Shown here one piece after another: positions 8,007-18,864 of a DNA stretch of 64,000 nucleotides; the first letter of the stretch is position 1; each line of letters opens with the position of its first letter. A model generated the notes under the pieces. The model was given only the letters and a program-made list of their open reading frames with translations, had not been told where the DNA came from and made no database searches. The translations under genes and the position numbers were made by a program. Source of the stretch: Bacteroidia bacterium (lineage in GTDB: Bacteria > Bacteroidota > Bacteroidia > NS11-12g > UBA955); contig JBBAKM010000004.1 in the NCBI GenBank assembly GCA_040403495.1, forward strand, positions 23,456 through 87,455. The letters are read 5' to 3'.

Positions 8007-10007
8007 TTGAATTTTTTAAAATACATATCACTAATTGTTTTGTTTTTTTGCCTAGCTCACCTTAGAGCTCAGGTTGAAGACTCTACTATGTTTGATGGAT
8101 ATGTCGTTACAGCTGAAATTCAACCAACAAAATCTTCTGAATCGGTTCAGAATATCAGATTAATTTCCCAAAAAACAATTGAAAAACAAGGGGCAGTTAA
8201 CCTAAGCGACCTCCTTTCCAAAGAGATGAATATCAGAGTTGGAAATGATAATATTCTTGGTTCTTCATTGAGTTTACAAGGAATAAGTGGTCAAAATATT
8301 AAAATTTTGTTAGATGGGGTTCCTTTGATTGGAAGAGAAAATGGAAACATTGACCTGAGTCAGATCAACTTATCGAACATTGAAAAAATAGAAATCATTG
8401 AAGGGCCACTTTCAGTCATTTATGGAACAGATGCCTTAGGTGGAGTTATCAATTTAATCTCCAAAAGAATAGCATTAAACAAGAATTCTCTTGTTAATGC
8501 ACAATCTTATTATGAATCAATAGGGCATTACAATTTTGGAGGTGGTGCCATATTTAAGTTAAACAATGTAAATATTTCGGCTAACTTAAACCGTAACTTT
8601 TTTGCAGGTTACAGTCCCGATAATACCAGAGTGATGTTATGGAAACCCAAGCAACAAGTATTTGGTAGTTTTGGAATTCATTCCGACGTGAGCAAGAAAA
8701 TTAGGGTTCGATTTAAAACAGATATTTTTAGTGAAAAAATAGAGAACAGAGGAGCGCCCGTAATTAATCATCTTGAAGCTTATGCTTTTGACGAATACTA
8801 CCTAACCAACAGAAGTATAACCTCTTTGGATATTTCATACAAACAAGATGTTAGAACCAATTGGAATGTGCTGTCCTCTTTCGGTTTTTATCAACGAGAC
8901 AAAATTACTTACAGAAAAAATTTAGTTAATTTATTTTCTGATGTAATTCCAACACAAGAGGCCAATAGCTCAACTTCTTTTTTAAATTTTATGAGTCGTG
9001 GTACTTATAGTAAAATTACAAGTAAGGTTTTTAATTATCAGTTTGGGTATGACATAAATGTCAACAGTGCCTTCGGTACCAGAATAGTGAGTGAAAAAGG
9101 AAAGATGAATGATTTTGCGGTTTTCTCTAGCTTCGAATACAAACCTAATAAATACTTTACACTAAAGCCAGGAATTAGGGCAACATACAACAGTATTTAT
9201 CCCGCACCATTAGTGCCATCAATTCAATTTCAATACAGTCGTTTTAAAAATTTGACAATGAAATATTCTTACGGTAGAGGCTTTAGAGCACCATCACTTA
9301 AGGAGTTGTTTTTGGATTTTGTCGACTTTAATCACAATATTACTGGCAATGAAAATTTAAAGTCGGAAATGTCTGACAATCAAAATTTAACATTCAAGTA
9401 TAAATTGAAACATAAATCAAAAAAAGTCAGTTATATAGATTTGGCTTTTTTTCATAACAGTATTTATAATCAAATTGCAATTGTAGCAGTGAGCCCAATT
9501 GACCTAGCCTATACATACCAAAATATTGATAATTTTTACTCAAAAGGAGCATCATTAAATGTCTCTTCAAAAATCAAAGACTTAAGATACACCTTAGGAG
9601 CTTCTTACATTGGTGTTTACAACAATGCTTTTGATGTATTAAATAATAATAAGTTTTTATATTCCCCTGAATTAAGAGCGCAACTTAGCTATTCTCTCAA
9701 AATAAAGGACCAAGACCCTGTTTCATTGTCGCTGTTTTATAAATACAATGGTGTAATGAACGGTTTTGCTTTCAATGAAACCAGAGATATTGTAGCAACT
9801 AAAATAGCCGCTTTTAATATTTTAGACGTTACCGCTAACAGGACTTTTTGGGACAAAAAACTAAGTTTGACATTAGGCATAAAAAACCTACTCAATATCA
9901 CCAATGTGTTGGCAACAGGAAATACTTCTGTGCACAGTGGCGGGTCTAATTCAATGCCAATTTCTGTAGGTCGTTCACTGTTTGTTCAATTATTACTAAA
10001 AATCTAA
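8007..10007 (+). CDS. TonB-dependent outer-membrane receptor (HmuR-like).
   Basis: The product has a signal peptide and plug-domain motifs (ILLDGVPLIG, IEIIEGPLSVIYGTDALGGVINLISK), followed by a long beta-barrel region. Confidence 0.85.
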   Translation: MNFLKYISLIVLFFCLAHLRAQVEDSTMFDGYVVTAEIQPTKSSESVQNIRLISQKTIEKQGAVNLSDLLSKEMNIRVGNDNILGSSLSLQGISGQNIKILLDGVPLIGRENGNIDLSQINLSNIEKIEIIEGPLSVIYGTDALGGVINLISKRIALNKNSLVNAQSYYESIGHYNFGGGAIFKLNNVNISANLNRNFFAGYSPDNTRVMLWKPKQQVFGSFGIHSDVSKKIRVRFKTDIFSEKIENRGAPVINHLEAYAFDEYYLTNRSITSLDISYKQDVRTNWNVLSSFGFYQRDKITYRKNLVNLFSDVIPTQEANSSTSFLNFMSRGTYSKITSKVFNYQFGYDINVNSAFGTRIVSEKGKMNDFAVFSSFEYKPNKYFTLKPGIRATYNSIYPAPLVPSIQFQYSRFKNLTMKYSYGRGFRAPSLKELFLDFVDFNHNITGNENLKSEMSDNQNLTFKYKLKHKSKKVSYIDLAFFHNSIYNQIAIVAVSPIDLAYTYQNIDNFYSKGASLNVSSKIKDLRYTLGASYIGVYNNAFDVLNNNKFLYSPELRAQLSYSLKIKDQDPVSLSLFYKYNGVMNGFAFNETRDIVATKIAAFNILDVTANRTFWDKKLSLTLGIKNLLNITNVLATGNTSVHSGGSNSMPISVGRSLFVQLLLKI

Positions 10008-11026
10008 TGAGAATTCTGCTAATTATAAGTATTGTTTTTCTAAGTTCATGTTTCAAAAAGGAAAAGCCCTATGAATTGCCAATTGGGGAATCCAATATTA
10101 CTTCATTTTATTTAGGCGAAAATTACGAAAATCAAATCTTTTTTGATTTGGGCACTAATACTTACCAAACAAAGGATTTGTTCGATTGGGACTTAAGGTT
10201 TGAAACAGAAAAAAATCAATTTGGCGTTTTTATTAATAATGGTAAAGACATTAGAGTTAGAAAAACCAATTTGTTCAATTTAGACGAACCCTTGACTTTA
10301 GATACCAGTTATTTAAAATCTTTGCCAGTTTTGATAGATGAGCCCGAAGGAAAAGTAGACAAGTCTGCGATTGGAGATTGGCGAACGTTTTTAGCGCCAG
10401 GGTCTTCTAAGCCAGGAATTTATATTATTGAGTTGATTGATCAAGTGGGTTGGGATAGGTTTGTAAGAATGCAAATATTGGATGTGAATGACACGCAATA
10501 TGTTTGCAAATTTTCGCCAATGGTATCCAATAATAAATTGGTTACAGAATGGACTGAATTAACATACATACCGAAACAAAAAAATCAAAATTTTACTTAT
10601 TTCTCATTCAAGTCAGGAGGCTATGTTTTGAATAATGCCGAGCCAGACAAGCGTACTTGGGATTTAGAATTTACAAAATACAAGCATATCTTTTACAATT
10701 ATGGACCCAATCCATTTCCGTATTTAGTTACCGGTGTTTTGAGTAATCCTAACAATGTAACAGTTGCAATAGATTCTGTTAGTAATTTCAATGACATAAA
10801 CAGTGCTTCTATCAGTAAATACCAGTTTACAAGCAATCGCAATGGCGTAGGTTTTGAATGGAAATCTTTTGATTTTAATACAAGTTTTATATTTACAGTT
10901 AAGCCCAATTTAACATACATCATTAAGGATACTGACGATAAATTATACAAACTAAGATTTATCGATTTCTACAACGAACAACGTGTAAAGGGTTATCCTA
11001 AGTTTGAATTTATTTTAATAAAATAG
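10007..11026 (+). CDS. HmuY-like lipoprotein.
   Basis: The product has a lipobox LSSCFKK and motifs DLFDWDLRFE and WDLEFTKYKH, paralogous to the 6725-7987 product. Its start overlaps the receptor stop. Confidence 0.5.
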   Translation: MRILLIISIVFLSSCFKKEKPYELPIGESNITSFYLGENYENQIFFDLGTNTYQTKDLFDWDLRFETEKNQFGVFINNGKDIRVRKTNLFNLDEPLTLDTSYLKSLPVLIDEPEGKVDKSAIGDWRTFLAPGSSKPGIYIIELIDQVGWDRFVRMQILDVNDTQYVCKFSPMVSNNKLVTEWTELTYIPKQKNQNFTYFSFKSGGYVLNNAEPDKRTWDLEFTKYKHIFYNYGPNPFPYLVTGVLSNPNNVTVAIDSVSNFNDINSASISKYQFTSNRNGVGFEWKSFDFNTSFIFTVKPNLTYIIKDTDDKLYKLRFIDFYNEQRVKGYPKFEFILIK

Positions 11027-11109
11027 GTTAATATAAAAGGCATTTGAGTTTTTTATCCTTCATTTAGTCGATTATAAAGGACATTTGAAGAGAAAAAAAT
11101 CTGTTAAAG

Positions 11110-12162
11110 TTGCTAAATTTAAGCATCTTTGCAAGTCAAATCATGTCAGCAGGCACAGCACAGTCCATTTTAAGTTATTTAGGGAGTTTTACAAATCCTA
11201 AAATCATCATTACTACGCATCATAAACCGGATGCAGATGCAATGGGGTCTTCGCTAGGGTTGTATCATTTTTTGAAATATTTAGGTTTTCATCCAACTTT
11301 AATTTCTCCAACAGATTTTGCCCACAATTTACATTGGATGCCTCAATCTGAATTGGTAATAAACTACGAAGAACAGACAGAAAAATGCAAACAACTGGTT
11401 TCTGAAGCCGATTTGGTATTTTGTTTAGATTTTAATGATTTAAGTAGAATTAATGATTTGGGAATAGATGTAAAAGCTTCACGAGCTAAAACCGTTTTAA
11501 TCGACCATCATCAATATCCTTCCAATTTTGAAAATTTTACCTATTGGGATGATACAGCAAGTAGTACATGTGAATTGGTTTACAGGTTGATACAAGATTT
11601 AAATCAAACCCATTTGGTGGATGCATCAATAGCTACTTGTTTATACACGGGTATTATGGCTGATACAGGTTCATTTAAGTACAGCAATTGCTCGGGTTCT
11701 ACTCACCGTACTATTGCTGATTTAATTGACAAAGGGGCGAATCATGTGGAAATAAATGACCGTTTTTATGATAATTTTTCTGAACAAAGGGTCCGTTTTA
11801 TAGGCTATGCAATTAGTGAAAAAATGGAGGTTTTGAGAGAGTTTAACACGGTTTTAATTGTAATAAATAAAGAAGAGTTAGAACGTTTTCAGCTTACAAC
11901 CGGCGATACAGAAGGTTTGGTTAATTATGGTTTAAGTATCAAAGGGATTAAGTTTGCGGTTTTAATTATAGACAGAACAAAAATGGTTAAAATGAGCTTC
12001 AGAAGTAAAGGTAATTTTGGGGTCAATTTGTTTGCCAAAACATATTTTAATGGAGGCGGTCACTTTTACGCAGCAGGAGGAAGTAGCACTGATACATTGG
12101 AACAAACTGTTGTTAAATTTAAACAAGAATTAGTAAAATATAAAGATGAACTCAATGCCTAG
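11110..12162 (+). CDS. nrnA: DHH/DHHA1 phosphoesterase (NrnA-like bifunctional oligoribonuclease / pAp phosphatase).
   Basis: The product has the DHH motifs HHKPDADAMGS and IDHHQ and a C-terminal DHHA1 GGGH motif (FNGGGHFYAAGG). Confidence 0.8.
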   Translation: MLNLSIFASQIMSAGTAQSILSYLGSFTNPKIIITTHHKPDADAMGSSLGLYHFLKYLGFHPTLISPTDFAHNLHWMPQSELVINYEEQTEKCKQLVSEADLVFCLDFNDLSRINDLGIDVKASRAKTVLIDHHQYPSNFENFTYWDDTASSTCELVYRLIQDLNQTHLVDASIATCLYTGIMADTGSFKYSNCSGSTHRTIADLIDKGANHVEINDRFYDNFSEQRVRFIGYAISEKMEVLREFNTVLIVINKEELERFQLTTGDTEGLVNYGLSIKGIKFAVLIIDRTKMVKMSFRSKGNFGVNLFAKTYFNGGGHFYAAGGSSTDTLEQTVVKFKQELVKYKDELNA

Positions 12163-13018
12163 AATAATTTATTTTTCAATTTTATTTTCAATCTTTTTGG
12201 TAGGTTGTGACCGATATTCAAAAACAGAAAGTGGCTTGAATTACAAAATTCTATCAAGAGGCCCTAACAGTCAATTGCCTTCAGTAGGGGATTATGTGCA
12301 GTGTCATATTTCAATTGCCAATCAGGACGATTCAGTCTTTTACTCAACATTTGGAAAAACACCTGAAAGAATATTGATTTCTGAATTTACACACAAAGGC
12401 GGAGACATAATGGAAGCATTACAAATTTTGTCTGAAGGTGACAGTGCTAAAATTTTAATTAGTGCAGATTCTTTCTATTTTAAAACCAGAAGAGAAACCG
12501 CTTTGCCATCCTATATTAAAGAGGGAAGTATGCTTACATTCTTAATTAAAATGGACAGAAAATTAAACCAATACCAAGTAGATAGTTTAATTAATTCAGA
12601 GAAAATAGAACGTTGGAATAAAGAAATTAAAGACATTACAAAGTATTGCAACAAAAATAGTTTGGAAGTTAAGATTGACACATCTACAGGTTTGAGATAT
12701 CAGTTTCATCAAAAAGCAGTCGATACAGCACAAAGAATTGTAGAGGGTAAAATAGTTACTTTCCATTTTATTGGGAAATTGATGGATGGTACTGAATTTT
12801 TCAATTCTTACACAAGTGGTCAAAAACAAACGATTAGAGTTGTTAAAGGGAATTTAAATCCAATAGGATTATATGAGATTTTAGTCAAAATGAGAGAGGG
12901 CGAGAAAGCAACTTTCATTATGCCTTATGATTTAGCTTATGGTGCAAGAGGTGTTGAGGGTATTATTCCTCCATTTTCAACCTTAGTTTACGAGATTAAT
13001 ATTTTAAAAGTACAATAA
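12146..13018 (+). CDS. FKBP-type peptidyl-prolyl cis-trans isomerase lipoprotein with two FKBP domains.
   Basis: The product has a lipobox FLVGCD and tandem FKBP signatures (GDYVQCHISIANQDDSVFYSTF...; GKIVTFHFIGKLMDGTEFFNSY...YDLAYGARG). Confidence 0.85.
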   Translation: MNSMPRIIYFSILFSIFLVGCDRYSKTESGLNYKILSRGPNSQLPSVGDYVQCHISIANQDDSVFYSTFGKTPERILISEFTHKGGDIMEALQILSEGDSAKILISADSFYFKTRRETALPSYIKEGSMLTFLIKMDRKLNQYQVDSLINSEKIERWNKEIKDITKYCNKNSLEVKIDTSTGLRYQFHQKAVDTAQRIVEGKIVTFHFIGKLMDGTEFFNSYTSGQKQTIRVVKGNLNPIGLYEILVKMREGEKATFIMPYDLAYGARGVEGIIPPFSTLVYEINILKVQ

Positions 13019-13019
13019 A

Positions 13020-14078
13020 ATGAATAAAAAGACATTATTAATTACAGGAGGTGCAGGCTTTATTGGTTCTCACGTCGTACGTCGATTTGTAAACGAATAT
13101 CCCGATTATCTAATTGTTAATTTAGATAAATTGACCTATGCAGGTAATTTAGAAAATTTAAAAGATGTAGAAAATAGCCCAAACTACTTGTTTGTTAAAG
13201 GAGATATTACTGATGCTGCTTTTTTGGAAACTTTGTTCAATCAGTATCAATTTGATGGTGTTATTCATTTGGCTGCGGAGTCTCATGTGGATCGTTCTAT
13301 AAGCAATCCAATGGAATTTGTAATGACCAATGTGGTTGGCACTGTCAATTTATTGAACATGAGCAAAATGATTTGGAATGGACAGTATGAAAATAAACTT
13401 TTTTACCATGTAAGTACCGATGAAGTATATGGTGAACTAGGCGATGATGGAAAGTTTTTGGAAACGACTCCTTATGATCCCAATTCTCCCTATTCTGCAT
13501 CCAAAGCTTCGAGCGACCATTTTGTAAGAGCTTATCACCATACTTATGGACTCCCGGTAAAGATTTCCAACTGTAGTAACAATTACGGTTCACACCATTT
13601 CCCTGAAAAATTAATCCCTTTAATGATACACAATATCTTGAACATGAAACCATTGCCAGTTTATGGTAAAGGTGAAAATGTAAGAGATTGGTTGTTTGTA
13701 GTTGACCATGCCAGAGCTATTGATGTGATTTTTCATCAAGGTAAAATTGGAGATACTTACAATATTGGGGGCAACAATGAATGGAAAAATATTGATTTAG
13801 TAAAACTATTATGTCAATTAATGGATTCTAAATTAGGAAGAGAAGCAGGAACATCTGAAAACCTAATTCATTATGTAACCGACCGTGCAGGACATGATTT
13901 TAGATATGCCATAGACGCTGGAAAATTAATGAATGAACTTGGTTGGCAACCCTCTGTAACCTTTGAACAAGGGTTAGAAAAAACAGTAGAATGGTATTTG
14001 TCAAACCAAGAATGGTTGACCCATGTTACGAGTGGTGCTTATAAAAACTATTACCAACAAATGTATTCAAATAGATAA
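13020..14078 (+). CDS. rfbB: dTDP-glucose 4,6-dehydratase.
   Basis: The product has the LITGGAGFIGSH NAD-binding motif and a YSASKASSD catalytic triad region, with full-length RmlB similarity. Confidence 0.95.
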   Translation: MNKKTLLITGGAGFIGSHVVRRFVNEYPDYLIVNLDKLTYAGNLENLKDVENSPNYLFVKGDITDAAFLETLFNQYQFDGVIHLAAESHVDRSISNPMEFVMTNVVGTVNLLNMSKMIWNGQYENKLFYHVSTDEVYGELGDDGKFLETTPYDPNSPYSASKASSDHFVRAYHHTYGLPVKISNCSNNYGSHHFPEKLIPLMIHNILNMKPLPVYGKGENVRDWLFVVDHARAIDVIFHQGKIGDTYNIGGNNEWKNIDLVKLLCQLMDSKLGREAGTSENLIHYVTDRAGHDFRYAIDAGKLMNELGWQPSVTFEQGLEKTVEWYLSNQEWLTHVTSGAYKNYYQQMYSNR

Positions 14079-14081
14079 GAT

Positions 14082-14945
14082 ATGAAAGGAATAATATTAG
14101 CAGGAGGAAGTGGAACAAGATTGCATCCACTTACATTGGCAATGAGTAAACAAATGATGCCTGTTTATGATAAGCCAATGATTTATTATCCACTGTCCAC
14201 TTTAATGATGGCAGGAATTAGAGAAATATTAATCATTTCGACGCCTCACGATTTGCCTAATTTTCAAAAACTATTGGGAGACGGAAGTCAGTTGGGTTGT
14301 CGTTTTGAATACGCAGAACAAGCTGTGCCTAATGGGTTAGCGCAAGCATTTGTAATTGGTGAATCATTTATTGGTAACGATAAAGTCGCTTTAATTTTGG
14401 GAGATAATATCTTTTTTGGCGCATCTTTACAAAACGTGTTACAAGAAAACAATGACCCTGAGGGAGGTGTAATTTTTGCATACCATGTGAGTGACCCTGA
14501 ACGCTATGGAGTTGTGGAGTTTGATGAACATCTTAATGCAGTAAGTATTGAGGAAAAGCCATTGGTCCCTAAGTCTAATTTCGCTGTTCCGGGCTTGTAT
14601 TTTTACGATAATCAAGTGGTGGAAATAGCTAAAAATTTAAAGCCATCACCACGTGGGGAATATGAAATCACCGATGTTAACAAAGAATATTTAAACAGAG
14701 GTCAGTTAAAAGTTGGTTTGCTCAAAAGAGGAACCGCTTGGTTGGATACAGGAACTTTCAATAGTTTAATGCAAGCAGGTCAGTTTGTTCAAGTCATTGA
14801 AGAACGCCAAGGATTGAAAATTGGTAGTATCGAAGAAGTGGCTTGGAGAATGAAATACATCGATGACAGTCAGCTCGAAAAAATTGCTTCACCATTAGTA
14901 AAAAGTGGTTATGGTAGTTATTTAATAAACCTTATAAAAAAATGA
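14082..14945 (+). CDS. rfbA: Glucose-1-phosphate thymidylyltransferase.
   Basis: The product has [16 protein letters not shown]...[17 protein letters not shown], diagnostic of RmlA. Confidence 0.95.
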   Translation: MKGIILAGGSGTRLHPLTLAMSKQMMPVYDKPMIYYPLSTLMMAGIREILIISTPHDLPNFQKLLGDGSQLGCRFEYAEQAVPNGLAQAFVIGESFIGNDKVALILGDNIFFGASLQNVLQENNDPEGGVIFAYHVSDPERYGVVEFDEHLNAVSIEEKPLVPKSNFAVPGLYFYDNQVVEIAKNLKPSPRGEYEITDVNKEYLNRGQLKVGLLKRGTAWLDTGTFNSLMQAGQFVQVIEERQGLKIGSIEEVAWRMKYIDDSQLEKIASPLVKSGYGSYLINLIKK

Positions 14946-15730
14946 AAAAAGTAGGTCAAATTTTGTTTTTGGTAGTTGGATTGTTGTTTTTGAACTCATG
15001 CAAAATGTATAAGTCCAATATCATATTAAAAACAGAAAAAGAAACTTTGAATTGGAAGCAAACTTATCAGAAAGTGATAGTTGAATATCCTATTTCAATT
15101 GGGGATAAAATTCAGTTTTCTGTATTTACCAATTCAGGAGAAAACATCATTGAACCATCAGGAAAGTTAGTAAAAGTAGAAACGAGTTCTACTTCTACCT
15201 CTTCTTCTACAGAATCTACAGGGGGGATTAGTTACGAAGTTTTAGAAAATGGAACCTGTCATTTCCCACTCATTGGTAGAATCAATGTCGTAGGGTTAAA
15301 AATTTCACAAATTGACAGTATGTTGGCTCAAAAATACGAAACCTATTACAATGATGTTTATATTATATCGAAAGTCATCAATAGAAAAGTGGTAGTAATA
15401 AATGGCATTGCAGGTCAATTAATTCCCTTTAGACCAAACATGAATTTGTTCGAAGTAATTGCTTTAGGAGGAGGGTTAAGTAATACTGCTAAAGCTTATA
15501 ATATTAGAATAGTAAGAGGGGATTTAAATAAGCCTGAGATAACTGTAGTGAATTTAGCAACAGTTAAATCAATGAAAGAAACCATTGTAAACATAATGCC
15601 ATATGATATAATATACATAGAGCCTGTAAGAAAGCCTGTTACAGAAAGTATAAGTGACAATATTGTGTTTTTAAATATCACTCAATTGTTATTTACTTTT
15701 TATATAATCTTTAATAATACCAACAGATAA
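14942..15730 (+). CDS. wza: Polysaccharide export outer-membrane protein (Wza/Poly_export family).
   Basis: The product has a lipoprotein signal LNSCK, a GDKIQFSVF Poly_export motif and an SLBB-like C-terminal region. It lies immediately upstream of wzc. Confidence 0.7.
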   Translation: MKKVGQILFLVVGLLFLNSCKMYKSNIILKTEKETLNWKQTYQKVIVEYPISIGDKIQFSVFTNSGENIIEPSGKLVKVETSSTSTSSSTESTGGISYEVLENGTCHFPLIGRINVVGLKISQIDSMLAQKYETYYNDVYIISKVINRKVVVINGIAGQLIPFRPNMNLFEVIALGGGLSNTAKAYNIRIVRGDLNKPEITVVNLATVKSMKETIVNIMPYDIIYIEPVRKPVTESISDNIVFLNITQLLFTFYIIFNNTNR

Positions 15731-15733
15731 AGG

Positions 15734-18118
15734 ATGAAATCATTTGATCTTAATCAGCCAGTTCTTAATCAAGGTAGTAGCGACTCTGGTTTTAATATTG
15801 AAAAATTATTTTTGCTACTCAAAAGGGTTTGGTATTGGATTCCTATCAGTGTTATTTTGTTTTTAGGGGTTGCTTATTATTATCTTAAATATACTAAACC
15901 TGTTTATCAAGCACAATCTCTTATTAAATTAGAACTACCTAAGGAACCTTCAGAATTAGGGTTGACTAATTTTAATTCGAAACAAAATGAAGATTTACTT
16001 GGTGAGGTTGAACTCATTAGATCGCCTTTAGTAGCCAATGATGTGCTGTCATTGCTCGACTTAAATGTTTCCTACTTTGCTATAGGGGAATTAATTACGA
16101 CTGAGATTTATAAGTCTTCCCCTTTTGAAATTGTTGTATTTTCCGATCCCAATACTGTTCTTTACGACCAGCTCTTTTACATTACATTTACTAGTCCCTA
16201 TGAGTTTAAATTGGCTAATGAAGAAAAAGCTATAGCAGAATCCAAAACCTATAGAATTGGAGAAACAATTCAATTTCAGGGATTTAAGTTTGCGATTAAA
16301 ACAGTTGAGAACAAGGGTATGATGCTTGATCAAATGACCTACTGCTTTAAAATCAACAGCAAAGGTTCATTAAGCAATTTTTTATTAAGCAATGTAGGTG
16401 TTGAAATAGCAAACAGTGATGCCCGAACTATTGTTATTTCTTTTAAAGACAATAACAGAAAGAAAGCGATAGATATAGTGGATGCTTATAACCAAGCTTA
16501 CTTAAAACAATCTACTCAGAAAGAACAAAAATCGCAAGAACAAACTTTAGCTTATATTGATAATCAAATTAGTGAAACATCTAACAAGTTGGAAGAGTAC
16601 GAAAAAGGGATAGAAAATTTCATGAAATTACATGGAACCACTTCCCCACTTTCTGAATATGCCGAAATAAGTACAGGTGTAAATGAATTGCAAAAGATAA
16701 AAGAGGAAGTTGATAAAACAAGCTCAAGCATTGACAAAATACAAGCATTTATCCAAAGAGATGAAAGTAAAGACAATGTTATTCCTTTAATTATAGGGTT
16801 AGAAAACAACCAAATAGCTCAAAGTTTGGATGAGTTAAATGGTCTTTACAAACAAAGAGAATTGCTGAAATTTTCTAACAAAGAGGTTTCCATGGCTTAC
16901 AGAAGAATTGAACTTGAAATTTCGCTTTTAAAATCAAGATTACTCTCTTATGTTCAAGAAACCAAGAAGTTTATAAACGAACAAAAAGCAGAAATCAACA
17001 GTAAAATAGGAGAGTTTAAAAATCAATACTCCAGCTTGCCAAATAAAGAAACTGAACTCAATAGATTGAAAAGGTTTAATGCATTGTACGAAAAGTTTTA
17101 TTTAAGTCTGATAGAGAAACAAATAGAATATCAAATTTCAAAAGCAGGGACAGTGCCTGAATTTACTATTTTGTCTAATGCTTATGCCGATGAAAATCCG
17201 ATTTCTCCTAATAAACAAAAAATTTATCTAGGCTTTATTATCATTTCTTTTTTGCCCACAGTTTTATATATACTTTATCAATATCTCTTTAATAATGTTA
17301 TCTTTTCTCGTAAAAACTTAGAGAAAAAATTATTGGCTCCAATTTTGGGAATAGTGCCTTCTTATAATGATAAAATGCCAGCCTCTACTATCGTGGTTGA
17401 TAAAAATCCAAAATCTGCCATCAGTGAATCCTTACGTTCTATAAGGACAAATTCTGAGTTTATGTTAACCAAAAAACAACATCAGATTTATGGGGTAACA
17501 TCCACCGTGAGTGGAGAGGGTAAAACATTTTTTGCTATCAACTACGCAGCCATTCTTGCGATGTCTGGAAAAAAAGTAATTGTATTGGACTTGGATATGA
17601 GAAAACCCAAAATCCATATAGGTTTTAATGTGCCAAATAATCTTGGAATTAGCTCTGTATTATCAGGTTCTGTAGATTATAAAGAAACTATCAAACAGTC
17701 CACAGTTAAAAATTTGGATTTTATTACTGCAGGTCCTATTCCTCCTAATCCTAATGAACTATTACTTAAAAAGGAATTTGATATTTTAGTAGATAGCTTG
17801 TTCGAAGATTATGATGTAATTATGGCAGACAATCCTCCGATAGGTTTGGTGTCTGATGCGAATGTGGTATTCAGACGTTGCGATTTGTCCATTTATGTAG
17901 TTAGAGCAGGTTATACCAAAGAATCGGTTGTCGATGGCATTAATCAACTTTACCAAAAAAGAATATATGACAACTTCTCAGTAGTTATGAATGATGTCAA
18001 TAACTCTAATACTTATGGTCAATATGGCTATGGAAATAGCTATGGCTACGGGTATTATCAAGACGATAAAGTTTCTAGTAAAACTGTGTTTTGGAAAAAA
18101 TGGTTTAAGAAAAACTAA
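15734..18118 (+). CDS. wzc: Polysaccharide co-polymerase / BY-tyrosine kinase (Wzc-like).
   Basis: The product has two TM segments flanking a coiled-coil periplasmic domain, a Walker A box GVTSTVSGEGKT with VIVLDLDMRKP, and a C-terminal Tyr cluster YGQYGYGNSYGYGYYQDD. Confidence 0.9.
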   Translation: MKSFDLNQPVLNQGSSDSGFNIEKLFLLLKRVWYWIPISVILFLGVAYYYLKYTKPVYQAQSLIKLELPKEPSELGLTNFNSKQNEDLLGEVELIRSPLVANDVLSLLDLNVSYFAIGELITTEIYKSSPFEIVVFSDPNTVLYDQLFYITFTSPYEFKLANEEKAIAESKTYRIGETIQFQGFKFAIKTVENKGMMLDQMTYCFKINSKGSLSNFLLSNVGVEIANSDARTIVISFKDNNRKKAIDIVDAYNQAYLKQSTQKEQKSQEQTLAYIDNQISETSNKLEEYEKGIENFMKLHGTTSPLSEYAEISTGVNELQKIKEEVDKTSSSIDKIQAFIQRDESKDNVIPLIIGLENNQIAQSLDELNGLYKQRELLKFSNKEVSMAYRRIELEISLLKSRLLSYVQETKKFINEQKAEINSKIGEFKNQYSSLPNKETELNRLKRFNALYEKFYLSLIEKQIEYQISKAGTVPEFTILSNAYADENPISPNKQKIYLGFIIISFLPTVLYILYQYLFNNVIFSRKNLEKKLLAPILGIVPSYNDKMPASTIVVDKNPKSAISESLRSIRTNSEFMLTKKQHQIYGVTSTVSGEGKTFFAINYAAILAMSGKKVIVLDLDMRKPKIHIGFNVPNNLGISSVLSGSVDYKETIKQSTVKNLDFITAGPIPPNPNELLLKKEFDILVDSLFEDYDVIMADNPPIGLVSDANVVFRRCDLSIYVVRAGYTKESVVDGINQLYQKRIYDNFSVVMNDVNNSNTYGQYGYGNSYGYGYYQDDKVSSKTVFWKKWFKKN

Positions 18119-18864
18119 TGTTTTTGCTGAATAATTTATTTAAGAAAAAAGCATCACCTAATACGCCTGTTTTATGTGATATGCACAATCACATATTGTT
18201 TGGTATAGATGATGGCTCTAAGACATTAGATTATTCAATAGAAATGATTCACCAAATGATGAATTTAGGGTTTAAAAAATTGATTTTTACACCGCATGTC
18301 ATCAGTGATTATTATCCCAATAACAAGGAAACTATTTCTACCCCCTTTTTGGCTCTTCAACAATATGTTCAAGAGAATCATTTAGACATCAAAATTGAAT
18401 ATGCTGCTGAACACTTAATTGATGATGTTTTTATTCAAGATTTAAAAAGTAATCCTGAAAATATATTAAGCTTCGGGAATAAGAACGTTTTAATCGAAAC
18501 GCCATTTATCAACCAACCAATACAACTCGAACAAGTCATTTTTGATTTAATTAACAAAGGATTTACTCCCATATTAGCTCATCCCGAACGTTATGTTTAT
18601 TTGCAAAGTGATTATGAATTGGTAAATAAAATATTTCAAACCGGCGTTAAATTTCAAATCAACTTATTGTCCCTTATCTCACATTATTCGCCTCAATCAA
18701 CGAAGTTGGCAAAGTATCTTATCGAAAACAAACTCTATCACTATGTGAGTTCCGATGCGCATAAATTGTCACACATTGAACAGTTAGAAGAAGTGTATTC
18801 AAGTAAGTTGTTTGGTAAAATAGAAGTTGAGCGATTGTTGAACAATCAATTAGTTGGCGAATAA
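18118..18864 (+). CDS. cpsB: PHP-family protein-tyrosine phosphatase (CpsB/YwqE type).
   Basis: The product has CDMHNHILFGIDDG...FTPHV...AHPERY metal-binding motifs. It is the cognate phosphatase for the BY-kinase. Confidence 0.85.
   Translation: MFLLNNLFKKKASPNTPVLCDMHNHILFGIDDGSKTLDYSIEMIHQMMNLGFKKLIFTPHVISDYYPNNKETISTPFLALQQYVQENHLDIKIEYAAEHLIDDVFIQDLKSNPENILSFGNKNVLIETPFINQPIQLEQVIFDLINKGFTPILAHPERYVYLQSDYELVNKIFQTGVKFQINLLSLISHYSPQSTKLAKYLIENKLYHYVSSDAHKLSHIEQLEEVYSSKLFGKIEVERLLNNQLVGE

Noticed and set aside
14942-18864. wza–wzc–cpsB as a novel system.
   Set aside because: This is a canonical capsule/EPS export and BY-kinase/phosphatase arrangement downstream of rfbBA.
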